Of a stretch of 64,000 nucleotides of DNA, positions 1 to 10,194 are shown in pieces; the stretch's first letter is position 1, and the number at the start of each line of letters is the position of its first letter. The notes under the pieces are model-generated. The model did no database searches and was not told where the DNA came from. It saw nothing but the letters and a program-made list of their open reading frames with translations. This DNA comes from Bacteroidota bacterium (GTDB lineage Bacteria; Bacteroidota; Ignavibacteria; UBA10030): NCBI GenBank assembly GCA_050013655.1, contig JBEKEV010000011.1, positions 13,703 to 77,702 on the forward strand, read 5' to 3'. The translations under genes and the position numbers were made by a program.

Positions 1-538
1 AGAGCATATTGTCGACGACTGGTTGATTCATATTCTCACTCATAAACCAGGCATGACCCTGTGCATTAGCTACACAACTCTGATTGACAGCACTTGAATC
101 GTGTACCCAGACAACTCTCCCCGGGAAAATTCCTTTTGCCACGCCTATAGGCTGAATAGGAATAACGGTTATATCTACTGTCGGCTGTCCGGTAGTTTGA
201 TTCGTTAAATATGAACCGCTGATTCCGAACACAACAAAAGCAGCAATGAAAAATATTGGATAATACCGTATTGATTTTTTCGATCTAAAGAAAGCCACAC
301 CAGATAAAGCAAGCATTGCCAGGTAACCAATGAATCCAGAGGCAATAGGCATTGCTGTTCTTACACACGGGTACGTTAAGCGGCTGGGTTTTGGAATTAC
401 TCGAATAAGAATCCACACCATCGCAGCTATACCAATAAGCGGAAACAATAATCGCGATAAACCATTGAGTTTTCCAAAACCGATGAATCTTCCTGTCTTG
501 GGACAGAATTTTGAATATTTAGTAATAAAGTTTTTCAT
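1..538 (-). CDS. Hypothetical membrane-anchored protein; only its N-terminal part lies in the window and the gene continues past the left edge
   Basis: Reverse-strand translation from the ATG at 538 reads MKNFITKYSKFCPKTGRFIGFGKLNG..., followed by two hydrophobic helices. The frame is open to position 1. The 330..581 plus-strand ORF in the track is its antisense shadow. Confidence 0.4.
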   Translation of the reverse strand, partial: MKNFITKYSKFCPKTGRFIGFGKLNGLSRLLFPLIGIAAMVWILIRVIPKPSRLTYPCVRTAMPIASGFIGYLAMLALSGVAFFRSKKSIRYYPIFFIAAFVVFGISGSYLTNQTTGQPTVDITVIPIQPIGVAKGIFPGRVVWVHDSSAVNQSCVANAQGHAWFMSENMNQPVVDNML

Positions 539-826
539 AAGTATCACTTCGGATTGTCGAATCCGCCTTCTTGATGTATGATGAATTACTGTAATATTCG
601 ATTAAATTATTTATCTGATTATCATCTCAATCTTGCAGTTAATACGATTTTTGAAAAGAATCACCTCATATTCATCAATTCAATATACCCTTTTTCTCCT
701 CAAAGAACCGTCTTTGCTTCCCGATGGAAGTTATCAAATTTAATGTGATTCAATTCCTGACTAAAATTCGTGCCTTTGATCACAATGCATACTAGTACTA
801 CTCGCCATCGTACTCTTGCCATTCAT

Positions 827-3265
827 TTAGCTAAGCTCAACTTCTACCGTATGAATTTTTCCGTCATTTAAATCTGGGATACAATTACCGCTTAATAATA
901 GTCCATCTAGATTCAGGCTCTGCACACCTTTACAAACGTTCTTTGGATTATTGACAGTAATATTATAAATACTGTTTCTAAACTTTCGAACCACAGTATA
1001 CTTTTTCCATGAACTTGGGATGCAAGGATCAATAATTAACCCGTTGTAATCCGGACGTATACCGAGAATATACTGGGAAAGAGCTACGAAAGACCACGCT
1101 ACCGTGCCCGTGAGCCAAGAATTTTTGCCTTCACCCGGCGTAGGAGCGTCTTTGCCGGCAGTCATTTGACTATACACATAAGGCTCGGAACGGTAAATAT
1201 CTATTTGATCTTCTTTGGTCGGAGGGCAAATGCTCTTGTAATATTCCATGGCCTGATCACCCCTGCCAATCATGGTTTCAGCAATTTGTATCCAAGTATT
1301 ATTATGAGTGAAAATACCGGCATTTTCTTTATATCCAGGTGGATAGGAACTAACTTCACCTAGGTGCACATAATATTTTTGGAAAGCCGGTTGTTGCAAA
1401 ACAATTCCGTTCGGTGTCGCTAAATGCTTCCGGACACTGTCTAATGCTTTTTTCGCGTAACCATTTTCTAATCCGGCACCACCCAAAATGCACCAGCCCT
1501 GGCTTTCAATAAATATTTTGCCCTCTTCATTTTTTGATGAACCAAGTTTTCTGCTATAAGAATCATAAGCCCTGAGGAACCACTCGCCGTCCCACCCATG
1601 TTCATAAATTGTCTTCCTCATATTTTCAGCTTGCTTCAGGTAATCTTCGGCTTGCTCGGGTTTTCCTGTATTCTTCAGAATTCCCGCCATCTCATCACAA
1701 GCTTTACAAAACAAGCCGGCGATCATGACTGATTCTGCGACTTTATCATTTTCGATATGTCCTGCTAATTGAAAACTTTCGCCTGGTGTCGTAGAGAAAC
1801 AATTCAGATTCAGGCAATCATTCCAGTCAGCATGACCAATGAGCGGCAAACCATGCGGTCCTCGGTGATTTAATGTATACTGGAGAGAGATAAAGAGATG
1901 ATCAAGCAACGCTGCTTCCGAATTCTGAACATCAGCAAAACCGGTCTTTTCGTTTAGGATACTGTAATCACCCGTCTCCTTCAGATAAGCCGCAACGGAT
2001 AGAATCAACCAGAGAGGATCATCATTAAATCCACCACCTATATCAGCATTTCCTTTTTTGGTGAGCGGCTGATATTGATGAAAACAAGTGCCATCGGAAA
2101 GCTGGGTTCCTGCTAAATCCAATATCCGCTGACGTGCTCTGGCAGGTAAGATGTGAACGAATCCTAGAATATCTTGATTACTGTCGCGATATCCCATCCC
2201 TCTGCCAATTCCGGATTCATAGAGAGATGTTGAGCGAGACATGTTAAAGGTAACCATACATTGATATTGGTTCCAGATATTCGCCATACGGTTTACAACC
2301 GTGTCAGGTGCATCGACCCGATACGATGAAAACAAGTTTTCCCAATATTCTTTGTGCGTTTCAAAAGCGGCCAGCACATCCGATGTCTTTGAGTATTTCG
2401 ATTTTACTTCTTCAAATTCATCTTTTCTGATTTTCCCGGTTTCAAGAAATTTCTTTTCAGGCGGGTTTTCTGCGTACCCTAATATGAAATTTATAGATTT
2501 TGATTCACCTGGTTTCAGCTCCAAGTCGATTTGATGAACACCGATAGGCAGCCATCCATATGCAATACTATTTTTACAATTCCCCTGCAATACAGCTTGT
2601 GGAGCATCCAATCCTTGATGCACGCCGACAAATGCATCACGGCTGCTGTCAAAACCGGAGACAGCCTCGCTAGAAGAAAAATATGCATAATGATTTCTTC
2701 GTTCCCTGTATTCCGTAATATGGAAAATAGTTCCATGTTCAACCTCAACCTGTCCGGTAGAATAATTTCTTTGGAAGTTGGTCATATCATCAAGAGCATC
2801 CCAGAGACACCATTCAGCAAAACTCCACAACCGGATTTTCTTTGAAACTTTAGAACGATTTGTTACCTGCACATGCCAGATTTCATTTCTGGAATCCAAA
2901 GGAATAAAAAATAATGTAGAGACCTCCAGCTCATTTTTTTGTCCGGTTATCTTCGTATATCCCAAGCCATGACGACATTCATAGCGATCAAGCGGAACGC
3001 GCATAGGTTTCCACATTGGATTCCAAACTGAATCTCCGTCTTTGATATAGAGGTATCGACCGTTGCCATCCATGGGAATATTATTATACCGGTAGCGTGT
3101 CAAACGGCGAAGTTTTGCATCCTGATAAAAACAATAACCACCTGCTGTATTGGAAATTATCCCGAAAAAATTATTCGTTCCTAGATAATTAATCCATGGA
3201 AGCGGTGTATCGGGACGGGTTATCACATACTCTTTTTGTTTGTCATCAAAATATCCGTAACTCAT
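827..3265 (-). CDS. GH94 cellobiose phosphorylase
   Basis: 812 aa. The N-terminus [29 protein letters not shown] and the overall length are typical of GH94 cellobiose/chitobiose phosphorylases. An AGAGGA Shine-Dalgarno lies upstream. Confidence 0.85.
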   Translation of the reverse strand: MSYGYFDDKQKEYVITRPDTPLPWINYLGTNNFFGIISNTAGGYCFYQDAKLRRLTRYRYNNIPMDGNGRYLYIKDGDSVWNPMWKPMRVPLDRYECRHGLGYTKITGQKNELEVSTLFFIPLDSRNEIWHVQVTNRSKVSKKIRLWSFAEWCLWDALDDMTNFQRNYSTGQVEVEHGTIFHITEYRERRNHYAYFSSSEAVSGFDSSRDAFVGVHQGLDAPQAVLQGNCKNSIAYGWLPIGVHQIDLELKPGESKSINFILGYAENPPEKKFLETGKIRKDEFEEVKSKYSKTSDVLAAFETHKEYWENLFSSYRVDAPDTVVNRMANIWNQYQCMVTFNMSRSTSLYESGIGRGMGYRDSNQDILGFVHILPARARQRILDLAGTQLSDGTCFHQYQPLTKKGNADIGGGFNDDPLWLILSVAAYLKETGDYSILNEKTGFADVQNSEAALLDHLFISLQYTLNHRGPHGLPLIGHADWNDCLNLNCFSTTPGESFQLAGHIENDKVAESVMIAGLFCKACDEMAGILKNTGKPEQAEDYLKQAENMRKTIYEHGWDGEWFLRAYDSYSRKLGSSKNEEGKIFIESQGWCILGGAGLENGYAKKALDSVRKHLATPNGIVLQQPAFQKYYVHLGEVSSYPPGYKENAGIFTHNNTWIQIAETMIGRGDQAMEYYKSICPPTKEDQIDIYRSEPYVYSQMTAGKDAPTPGEGKNSWLTGTVAWSFVALSQYILGIRPDYNGLIIDPCIPSSWKKYTVVRKFRNSIYNITVNNPKNVCKGVQSLNLDGLLLSGNCIPDLNDGKIHTVEVELS

Positions 3266-3305
3266 TAATGTTCCTCTTTTGTTTGTATTGAAGGATACTC
3301 AAGCT

Positions 3306-4619
3306 CTATCGTATGAGCACCAACTTCTGTGTTTTCTCGAATGTCTTTTTACCCTCGGCTTTTATCCTGTAGAAATATATTCCACTGGAAAAGTTGTGCG
3401 CACCCCATCTAACTGTGTGATTGCCTGCAACTTCAACTTCATCAACCAAGGCGGCCACTTTTTGTCCCAATAGATTGTATATATCAATTTTTACTTTGGC
3501 TTCTTCAGGCAATGAGTAGCTGATTATTGTTGATGGATTAAACGGATTAGGATAATTTTGGCGCAATTCATAATTCATCGGTAATTCTTTCGCTGGTGCC
3601 ACACTCGTGAATGTTGGATCTTGCCAAGCGAGTATCATTTTTCTTACAATAACACCGGACTTCGTAAGATCGGATCCCGACCAGCCGCCTGTCGCACTGG
3701 CGCCAGGTACCAACGCTGCCGATGTCTCCACCTTGTCATCAATTGCCCAATTGCACCAGCTCAGCATATTGTTGTTCATAAACTTCGACCAATTTCCAAC
3801 TTCAACGGAATCAAGAATTCCAGTTCCGCTCGATTCACACGTGCCCCATTCTGTGACAAATAATGCGATTCCATTTTTGAGCGCGGTCGTCGCTTTGTCT
3901 CTTAATGGTTGTTTATGCGTTGCAGCATAAAAATGAAGAGTGTACGCCACATTATTGTATGGAAGAGGATCATAGGAAGCTATGTCAACATCCTGCGACC
4001 ACGTTGGTGTGCCTACAATTATAAGATTAACAGAATCGATAGCTCGAATTTGTTTTATAACAGAATCTGCATAGGGTTTGACGACAGTGGTCCACGATAC
4101 TTGTTGCGGTTCATTATATATTTCATAGATGAGATTGGGCGCGTATCCGTATTCACCAGCAATTTCTTCAAAGAAAGAAATTGATTGAGAGATGTGGTTT
4201 TCCGCGTTATCGTCATGCCAGTCAACAATCACATAAATTCCTAAATCGATACATGCATCTATGACAACTTTGACTTTCGCAAGTTCGGTTTGTGGATTGA
4301 CAAGATACCCATCTGTGAAACCATTGATACCACATGCCGCCCGCACAACGGTACAATTCCAATTATCGCGCAGCCATTTAATACAATTGTAGTTATAGTA
4401 TGGCGATCCTTCGCCATATTGACTCCAAAACAGACTCATTCCATGTAAAGCGACGGGATTGCCATTTTGATCTATGATCTTATTCCCTTTAACACTCAGT
4501 TGACCATGCTTATCAACACTTAACGTGTCATCGGAGAAGACTACTGCGCTGCTCAAGTTGGTGAGTGTGATGATGAGAAGCACCATTCGAAATGATACAA
4601 ATATTTTTTGCAGTATCAT
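3306..4619 (-). CDS. GH5 endo-beta-1,4-glucanase (cellulase) with T9SS C-terminal sorting domain
   Basis: Signal peptide; GH5 motifs (HGMSLFWSQYG, IYEIYNEP); C-terminus ELRQNYPNPFNPSTIISYSL...YFYRIKAEGK matches the Por secretion tail. Confidence 0.85.
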   Translation of the reverse strand: MILQKIFVSFRMVLLIITLTNLSSAVVFSDDTLSVDKHGQLSVKGNKIIDQNGNPVALHGMSLFWSQYGEGSPYYNYNCIKWLRDNWNCTVVRAACGINGFTDGYLVNPQTELAKVKVVIDACIDLGIYVIVDWHDDNAENHISQSISFFEEIAGEYGYAPNLIYEIYNEPQQVSWTTVVKPYADSVIKQIRAIDSVNLIIVGTPTWSQDVDIASYDPLPYNNVAYTLHFYAATHKQPLRDKATTALKNGIALFVTEWGTCESSGTGILDSVEVGNWSKFMNNNMLSWCNWAIDDKVETSAALVPGASATGGWSGSDLTKSGVIVRKMILAWQDPTFTSVAPAKELPMNYELRQNYPNPFNPSTIISYSLPEEAKVKIDIYNLLGQKVAALVDEVEVAGNHTVRWGAHNFSSGIYFYRIKAEGKKTFEKTQKLVLIR

Positions 4620-4738
4620 ACGATTACTTTCTTATTTTATTGCTAATGTTTTTGCAATAACATTTTCTCTCATAACGAAATAATGACCCACCTGACTGTA
4701 CCTGATATGAACAGGCGGTCATCTAAAATTAGAACACA

Positions 4739-7660
4739 TTATTTCAACAAGATCATCTTCTTCGTCTCTATAAAACTTCCAGCATGCAAGCGATAGAAAT
4801 ACACACCACTTGACATGGTTGATGCGTCCCATTGTATGCTATAAGTTCCTGATGGTTTTTCTTCATTCACCAAGGAAGCTACTTCGCGCCCTAAAATATC
4901 AAAAATTCTTAGCGTGACTAGGCCGGTTTTGGGAACTTGATATTTGATTGCAGTAGAAGGATTAAACGGGTTGGGATAATTTTGTAATAACTGGAATTCT
5001 TTGACGACTCTAGAATCGTTATCTCGAACTCCTGTGATTGAAGAAAACCGCATCCAATTCAACAGGAATCCCCCCTGTGAAGCAAACATTCTGATAACCT
5101 GCGGTCCTTCAGAAAGCTGAACCACAGCCGAAACACTCTGCCATGTATTCCATGACCCCGTCACCGGAAGGTTTGAGACCGACACGATTGTATCTTTGCT
5201 GCTCATCAATTCAATTCGCCCTGTATCCGTAGCGCTTGCTATACGGTATTCCAATGGGTATGTACCCGATTGAGGAACATCTATATAGTATTCCACCCAA
5301 TCCCCCTTATCAATGCTGGAAAGCGCATTTCCCCCTCCTGCGTCTGAACAAGAAATTGTTGACATTCCCTGCATTTGATAATACTGTTCCGCTTCGATTT
5401 TCTCCGGAATGACATGAATGTACTGGTAGTCGGCTAAAAGATTATGCACAGACACACTATCAAATGCAGCTAACTGTCCTTGATCATGGGACTGAATATT
5501 TCCAGGTGTATAAGAAATGGTATAACTATTTGTTTGTCGTAAGGTGTCTGACAAGGTTAAGATAAATGTGGTCGAGTCAGAATTCTTAAGGCTCACAGAA
5601 ACTATACTGAGCGGAGTACTCCCATTAACATGTACTGAAAATCCCGCTGGAGCATTCGGCGGAGCAGCCATCTTCTTATTAAAAGAAATCTCCATATACT
5701 GATCTGTGATGATGCTCGCCGAATACACTTCGGGAGAAGAACCAGCTGGTGAATCGTTCAAGGAAGTAATGCCATCTCCATATTTGAAAAGAGGATTGTA
5801 TACCGCATCTCCAATGTTGATCGGAATTTGAGATACAGCCCTCGGCCATGTTTGAGAGAGACGTCCAACAGGCGGATAATCGCCAAAGAGCACATCGGTA
5901 ATTCCTTCACCTTCTGTGCCGGGCAGCCAGGCAGCAATGAGCGCATCACAGTGATGAAGAATAGGATCAAGAATGAGGGGACGCCCGGAGATGAGAACTA
6001 CTATCACAGGAATGCCGGAACTCTTTAAATTCCGAACGGCTTCAATATCTGTTGGATTGAGAGTTACGTTTCCATCTCCAACAAATTCAGCATACGGCGT
6101 TTCTCCTATAACAGCAATACCAATATCGGCGCCTTCAGCACCATATCCATCTTCTGAATAGGTAACTTCTGCGTTCGGCGCTGCTTGTTGAATAGCTCCT
6201 TTCATAGTTGTGCCGGGAGTAATATTCCCGCTTGATCCCTGCCAGCTCATCGTCCAACCGCCGCATTGATATCCCATGTTATCGGCATGCCGCCCTGCAA
6301 GATGAATCCGCTTAATGTTTTTTGAAATAGGCAGAAAGCCGTCTTTCTTTTTCAAGACAACCAATGACTGCCGAACACATTCCCGGGCTACTTGCCTGTG
6401 TGCCTGCGAACCTACTTGACTTAAAAGATATCTATCCGCATAAGGGTGTTCAAAAAGACCCAACCGAAACTTTTGTGTGAGAATTCTTTTCACGGCGTCA
6501 TCGATACGGTTAAGCGTAATTGCTCCTTGGCTAATCAGAGTTTTAAGAGTGTCGATGTACGTGCGATGATTATAAATGGAATAGTTAGACATCATTGCCA
6601 TATCAACGCCTGCATTAATGGAATGTTTAATTGCAGCTCCGTATAATATGACAGACGGGAATGGAACAGTTGGATCGCCCGCATATAAAAAGCTATTCGC
6701 ATCTGAAATAACAATACCCTTAAATCCAAGCTCCATTTTCAAGAGCGTGTCCAAGAGATAGGGATTCCCGTGACAATGGATACCGTTCCATTGGTTTTGA
6801 GCTACCATAATAGAACCGACCTTTTGTTCGATAGCTGAGATATATCCCGGCAAATGAATTGCTCGTAACGTCTGTTCATCACATACAGTGTTCCCATTAG
6901 TCACTCCGCCTGTTGTTCCACCATCTCCGATAAAATGTTTTGCACAGGCAAGGATGTTTACGTTTTTGGCTAATGTATCGCCCTGAAAACCACGCACTGC
7001 CGCTCCAGCCATCTCTTTGACCAGGGGAGGATCTTCTCCAAACGATTCGTAGGTGCGGCCCCATCTTTCATCTCGTGCCACTGCGACTACAGGTCCCAAT
7101 GCCCAGTTAATTCCCGTTGCAGACATCTCCTTTGCCGTGATCTGTTCTGCTGTATCGACGAGTTGAGGATTTCGTGTACATCCCAAACCGATATTGTGAG
7201 GAAAAATGGTAGCACCATACACGGCACCTATGCCGTGAACTGCATCAATGGCAAAAATCAGAGGAATTTTTAAGCGAGTTTGCAAAGCATAAGTTTGAAG
7301 TGTGTCGTAGAGATCTGCCCATGCCTGCGGTGTTCTTCCCGCCGGTCCATTATCGGCATAGGCAAGAAGCGACCCGAGATAGTAGGTTTTAATATCGGAC
7401 ATTGAGGGAAGATTGAGATAATTCATTTGTATCATTTGACCAATTTTCTCATCCAATGTCATTTGGCTAAGAAGATCATTTACCCTCGACTCAACTGTCG
7501 CCATGGAGTCCAAATAAATCTGGGCATTGCTCCTACCGGGTAAAGACATAATCACTACCACTATCATTATCAAAAAGTGATGTCTCTTGGTGTTATGATA
7601 TTTATTTTTCATATCCGTTTTTTTATTCCACCTTTTGAATAACATCTCTGTGTCTAACAT
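4739..7660 (-). CDS. GH3 beta-glucosidase with C-terminal accessory domains and T9SS sorting domain (the true start may be the internal Met near 7612)
   Basis: GH3 N-domain motifs (MTLDEKIGQM, KHFIGDGG, GFKGIVISD); the C-terminal 90 aa LLQNYPNPFNPSTAIKYQV...YFYRLHAG is a T9SS tail. Confidence 0.85.
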   Translation of the reverse strand: MLDTEMLFKRWNKKTDMKNKYHNTKRHHFLIMIVVVIMSLPGRSNAQIYLDSMATVESRVNDLLSQMTLDEKIGQMIQMNYLNLPSMSDIKTYYLGSLLAYADNGPAGRTPQAWADLYDTLQTYALQTRLKIPLIFAIDAVHGIGAVYGATIFPHNIGLGCTRNPQLVDTAEQITAKEMSATGINWALGPVVAVARDERWGRTYESFGEDPPLVKEMAGAAVRGFQGDTLAKNVNILACAKHFIGDGGTTGGVTNGNTVCDEQTLRAIHLPGYISAIEQKVGSIMVAQNQWNGIHCHGNPYLLDTLLKMELGFKGIVISDANSFLYAGDPTVPFPSVILYGAAIKHSINAGVDMAMMSNYSIYNHRTYIDTLKTLISQGAITLNRIDDAVKRILTQKFRLGLFEHPYADRYLLSQVGSQAHRQVARECVRQSLVVLKKKDGFLPISKNIKRIHLAGRHADNMGYQCGGWTMSWQGSSGNITPGTTMKGAIQQAAPNAEVTYSEDGYGAEGADIGIAVIGETPYAEFVGDGNVTLNPTDIEAVRNLKSSGIPVIVVLISGRPLILDPILHHCDALIAAWLPGTEGEGITDVLFGDYPPVGRLSQTWPRAVSQIPINIGDAVYNPLFKYGDGITSLNDSPAGSSPEVYSASIITDQYMEISFNKKMAAPPNAPAGFSVHVNGSTPLSIVSVSLKNSDSTTFILTLSDTLRQTNSYTISYTPGNIQSHDQGQLAAFDSVSVHNLLADYQYIHVIPEKIEAEQYYQMQGMSTISCSDAGGGNALSSIDKGDWVEYYIDVPQSGTYPLEYRIASATDTGRIELMSSKDTIVSVSNLPVTGSWNTWQSVSAVVQLSEGPQVIRMFASQGGFLLNWMRFSSITGVRDNDSRVVKEFQLLQNYPNPFNPSTAIKYQVPKTGLVTLRIFDILGREVASLVNEEKPSGTYSIQWDASTMSSGVYFYRLHAGSFIETKKMILLK

Positions 7661-7710
7661 TACAATACTGTTTTAAGTTTATTTTAAACAAATCCGATTT
7701 AATACGATTC

Positions 7711-9933
7711 CTATTTTCCTCCTGCAACTGTTTTCTCAAATAGAGATCTTAATAGTTTAGATTGGGGATGATTTTTCCCTACGAGCCGTGTAAAATCATC
7801 CATCGCTGCTTTAGCTTTAGGAATGTCCCGTTTTATTATATATAAAACACAGAGGCAATATATGAGCGATGGATCGTCCTTGATTTCTCGATGAGCTTTC
7901 TCCATGTAGTGTAAGGCTTCAACATTTTTTTGTGAAAAAAGCAGTTTCCCAATAAGAAGATTGGTGTAGGATAGTTCATGAATAGTATTGGCTTCTTTCA
8001 ACACGGCTAACGCTTCTTCCGTTTGTCCATTCTTCCTCAACGTTTCGGCTTCTTCTAAATATGGTTTTATTTTGTTTGGAATGAGGATGACGAGACTTTT
8101 CCCTTCTCCGGATTCGTTAAAGGATGGATCCATTTTTTTAATATCAGCGAGCGTTTTTTCAGCCTCGGAACTAAGACCTGAATCTTTTAGTACGTTGTAT
8201 TTAAGTTTCTGAACCTGCAAATACCTGTTTTCTTCCGAATGCAATTTTTGCAATCGGTCTATACATAGAAGAGCTTCCTTATTATTTTTTTGAGAATAAT
8301 AAATGGAAGCAAGAGTAAATTGAGCATAAAAACTTGTATCAGCATTGGGCGATTCTTGTAAATATCCGATTGCATTGGTGTACTCTTTTGCTTTATACGC
8401 GAGATCGGCTGCGTAATAATAAGATGAAACGTCTGATGGAGAAATATACGCCAACGATAAATACTCCTTCGAGGCGCGCTTGAGATCTCCAATTGATTCA
8501 TAATAGGCAGCCAGTTCTTTATGAACCATACTCGAGCTTACATCTACATACTTTATACAGGTAAATGCTAACGAATCTATCATCCCCTTCGGTGTGTACG
8601 TAGTGCGAAAATTATTTACCGTAGTCTCGGGTTGAAACGGCCACCCGGCCTTCAAATGCTTTATGCGAATAACTGCGATCATACTGTCAAGTTCGGTAAA
8701 TCCCCAGTTGTTCCTGTAATATGTCCATGGTTTCACTCTCGTCGAATCCCAATAATTTTCGATCATCCCATGGTCTCTCAGCGCATTCAGAAAACCTTCA
8801 GCCATTAGAAAATATCCATCAACGTTCGGATGGAGATGGTCGGTCATCAAGCTGTTTCCAATAATACCTTGGGGAGAATATTTTTCAAAAAGGTATTTTA
8901 ACGAGATATGATACAATCCAAGAGAGTCGGCAAGATTTGCAATTATTTTATTGAAATCTTCCGATGCCCTGAACCGGATGACGTCATAATCCTTTGCCCT
9001 GAAATATTCTTCCTTAGCTTTGTCGAACAAATGATCAGCTTCAAGTCGTTTTGCATCGAAAAATAAAGAATCTGCCCTCGGATAAACTTCATAACGTAAT
9101 GAACGAAAAGGAGGCAAATCTCTTACGTTGCTTACAAGGTCACTGATAATGACAGGTACATGTGCTTCTTTTAATTTTCCCAACAAATCACTCATATTAT
9201 CAGAGAATTGCGCCAATCCTTCCAAATACATTTTTGAATTATACGGGATCAAATTCTTACCAACCATTTTTTCCATCATGGTTGCTTGAGCTTCATCTTT
9301 CGTGGTTGGATGCATGAGTTTATAAATGCTTCCAATTCCTTTTTGAAGCAATTGATATGTCCTTACATGAACGATCTTCAAATGCAGCTTCTTGAGGCAC
9401 CGAGGAATTGACCCGTTTTCCATAGAGGCAACACCCAAAGCACCATAGTATTCGTTGTGGCCGGTATATATGAAGACTACATCCGGCTTTTGTTGTAAAA
9501 GTTCATCTGTAAAATCTAGGAGAGTATAACTATTGACTGCAGTCAGACCGAGATTAACAACCTCAATAATGCGGTTGGGAAAAATATTTTGAAGGCGCCG
9601 CTGCAAAATTCTCGTAAATGCAACATTAGCATCGTACGGAAAACCTTGTACTGATGATTCTCCCAAAACGAAAATTCGATACCCGTTGGCTGGCTTCTCT
9701 TTTAAGAATTTTTCCGAAAGTGGTGTGGTATGCTCATATTTACTAAAAAATCTTTCCCCGACATGTCGATTGATTTCGTAGTACTCTGAATCAGGACTAG
9801 GAATAAAGAGGCTCAAATCATCGCCAAATGAGAACAGCCTTAGTGTAAGTTCTAACAATGCTAAGGCGAGGTAAGGTAAAATTACCATCAATGCATAGAA
9901 AGAAACTTTTTTTCGATTTTTGAGCTTAAACAT
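7711..9933 (-). CDS. Membrane-anchored SGNH/GDSL-type hydrolase domain protein with C-terminal TPR repeats
   Basis: N-terminal TM helix; SGNH blocks (VLGESSV, GHNEYY, DHLHPN = DxxH); the C-terminal half is TPR-like (the AYKAKEY, YYSQKNNKEAL repeats). Confidence 0.55.
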   Translation of the reverse strand: MFKLKNRKKVSFYALMVILPYLALALLELTLRLFSFGDDLSLFIPSPDSEYYEINRHVGERFFSKYEHTTPLSEKFLKEKPANGYRIFVLGESSVQGFPYDANVAFTRILQRRLQNIFPNRIIEVVNLGLTAVNSYTLLDFTDELLQQKPDVVFIYTGHNEYYGALGVASMENGSIPRCLKKLHLKIVHVRTYQLLQKGIGSIYKLMHPTTKDEAQATMMEKMVGKNLIPYNSKMYLEGLAQFSDNMSDLLGKLKEAHVPVIISDLVSNVRDLPPFRSLRYEVYPRADSLFFDAKRLEADHLFDKAKEEYFRAKDYDVIRFRASEDFNKIIANLADSLGLYHISLKYLFEKYSPQGIIGNSLMTDHLHPNVDGYFLMAEGFLNALRDHGMIENYWDSTRVKPWTYYRNNWGFTELDSMIAVIRIKHLKAGWPFQPETTVNNFRTTYTPKGMIDSLAFTCIKYVDVSSSMVHKELAAYYESIGDLKRASKEYLSLAYISPSDVSSYYYAADLAYKAKEYTNAIGYLQESPNADTSFYAQFTLASIYYSQKNNKEALLCIDRLQKLHSEENRYLQVQKLKYNVLKDSGLSSEAEKTLADIKKMDPSFNESGEGKSLVILIPNKIKPYLEEAETLRKNGQTEEALAVLKEANTIHELSYTNLLIGKLLFSQKNVEALHYMEKAHREIKDDPSLIYCLCVLYIIKRDIPKAKAAMDDFTRLVGKNHPQSKLLRSLFEKTVAGGK

Positions 9934-10194
9934 AAAATTTTTTAGTTGAAAGTAATTCTATCAGTCTTCCTTCCTGCAAGTTATATTAAAGTTTAAATCT
10001 ATTCCATACTGAATTGATTAGGACAATTCCTGACGATGTTATGATTCGTTAAGGAACGGAAAAATGGACAAGAGGAAAATAGTCTTTCTTTATAAAGGAT
10101 CAGGAGATGCCTCTGTAGGAAGTGGATGCTTGCTGACAGGAGTATGAGATAAGATTACCCCGGCGTTTAAAAACAGGGGTATCTTTCTTCGCGA

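Noticed and set aside
330-581. 83-aa plus-strand ORF at the left edge
   Set aside because: Its antisense strand encodes a convincing membrane protein running off the window (start 538, minus). The plus ORF is its shadow.
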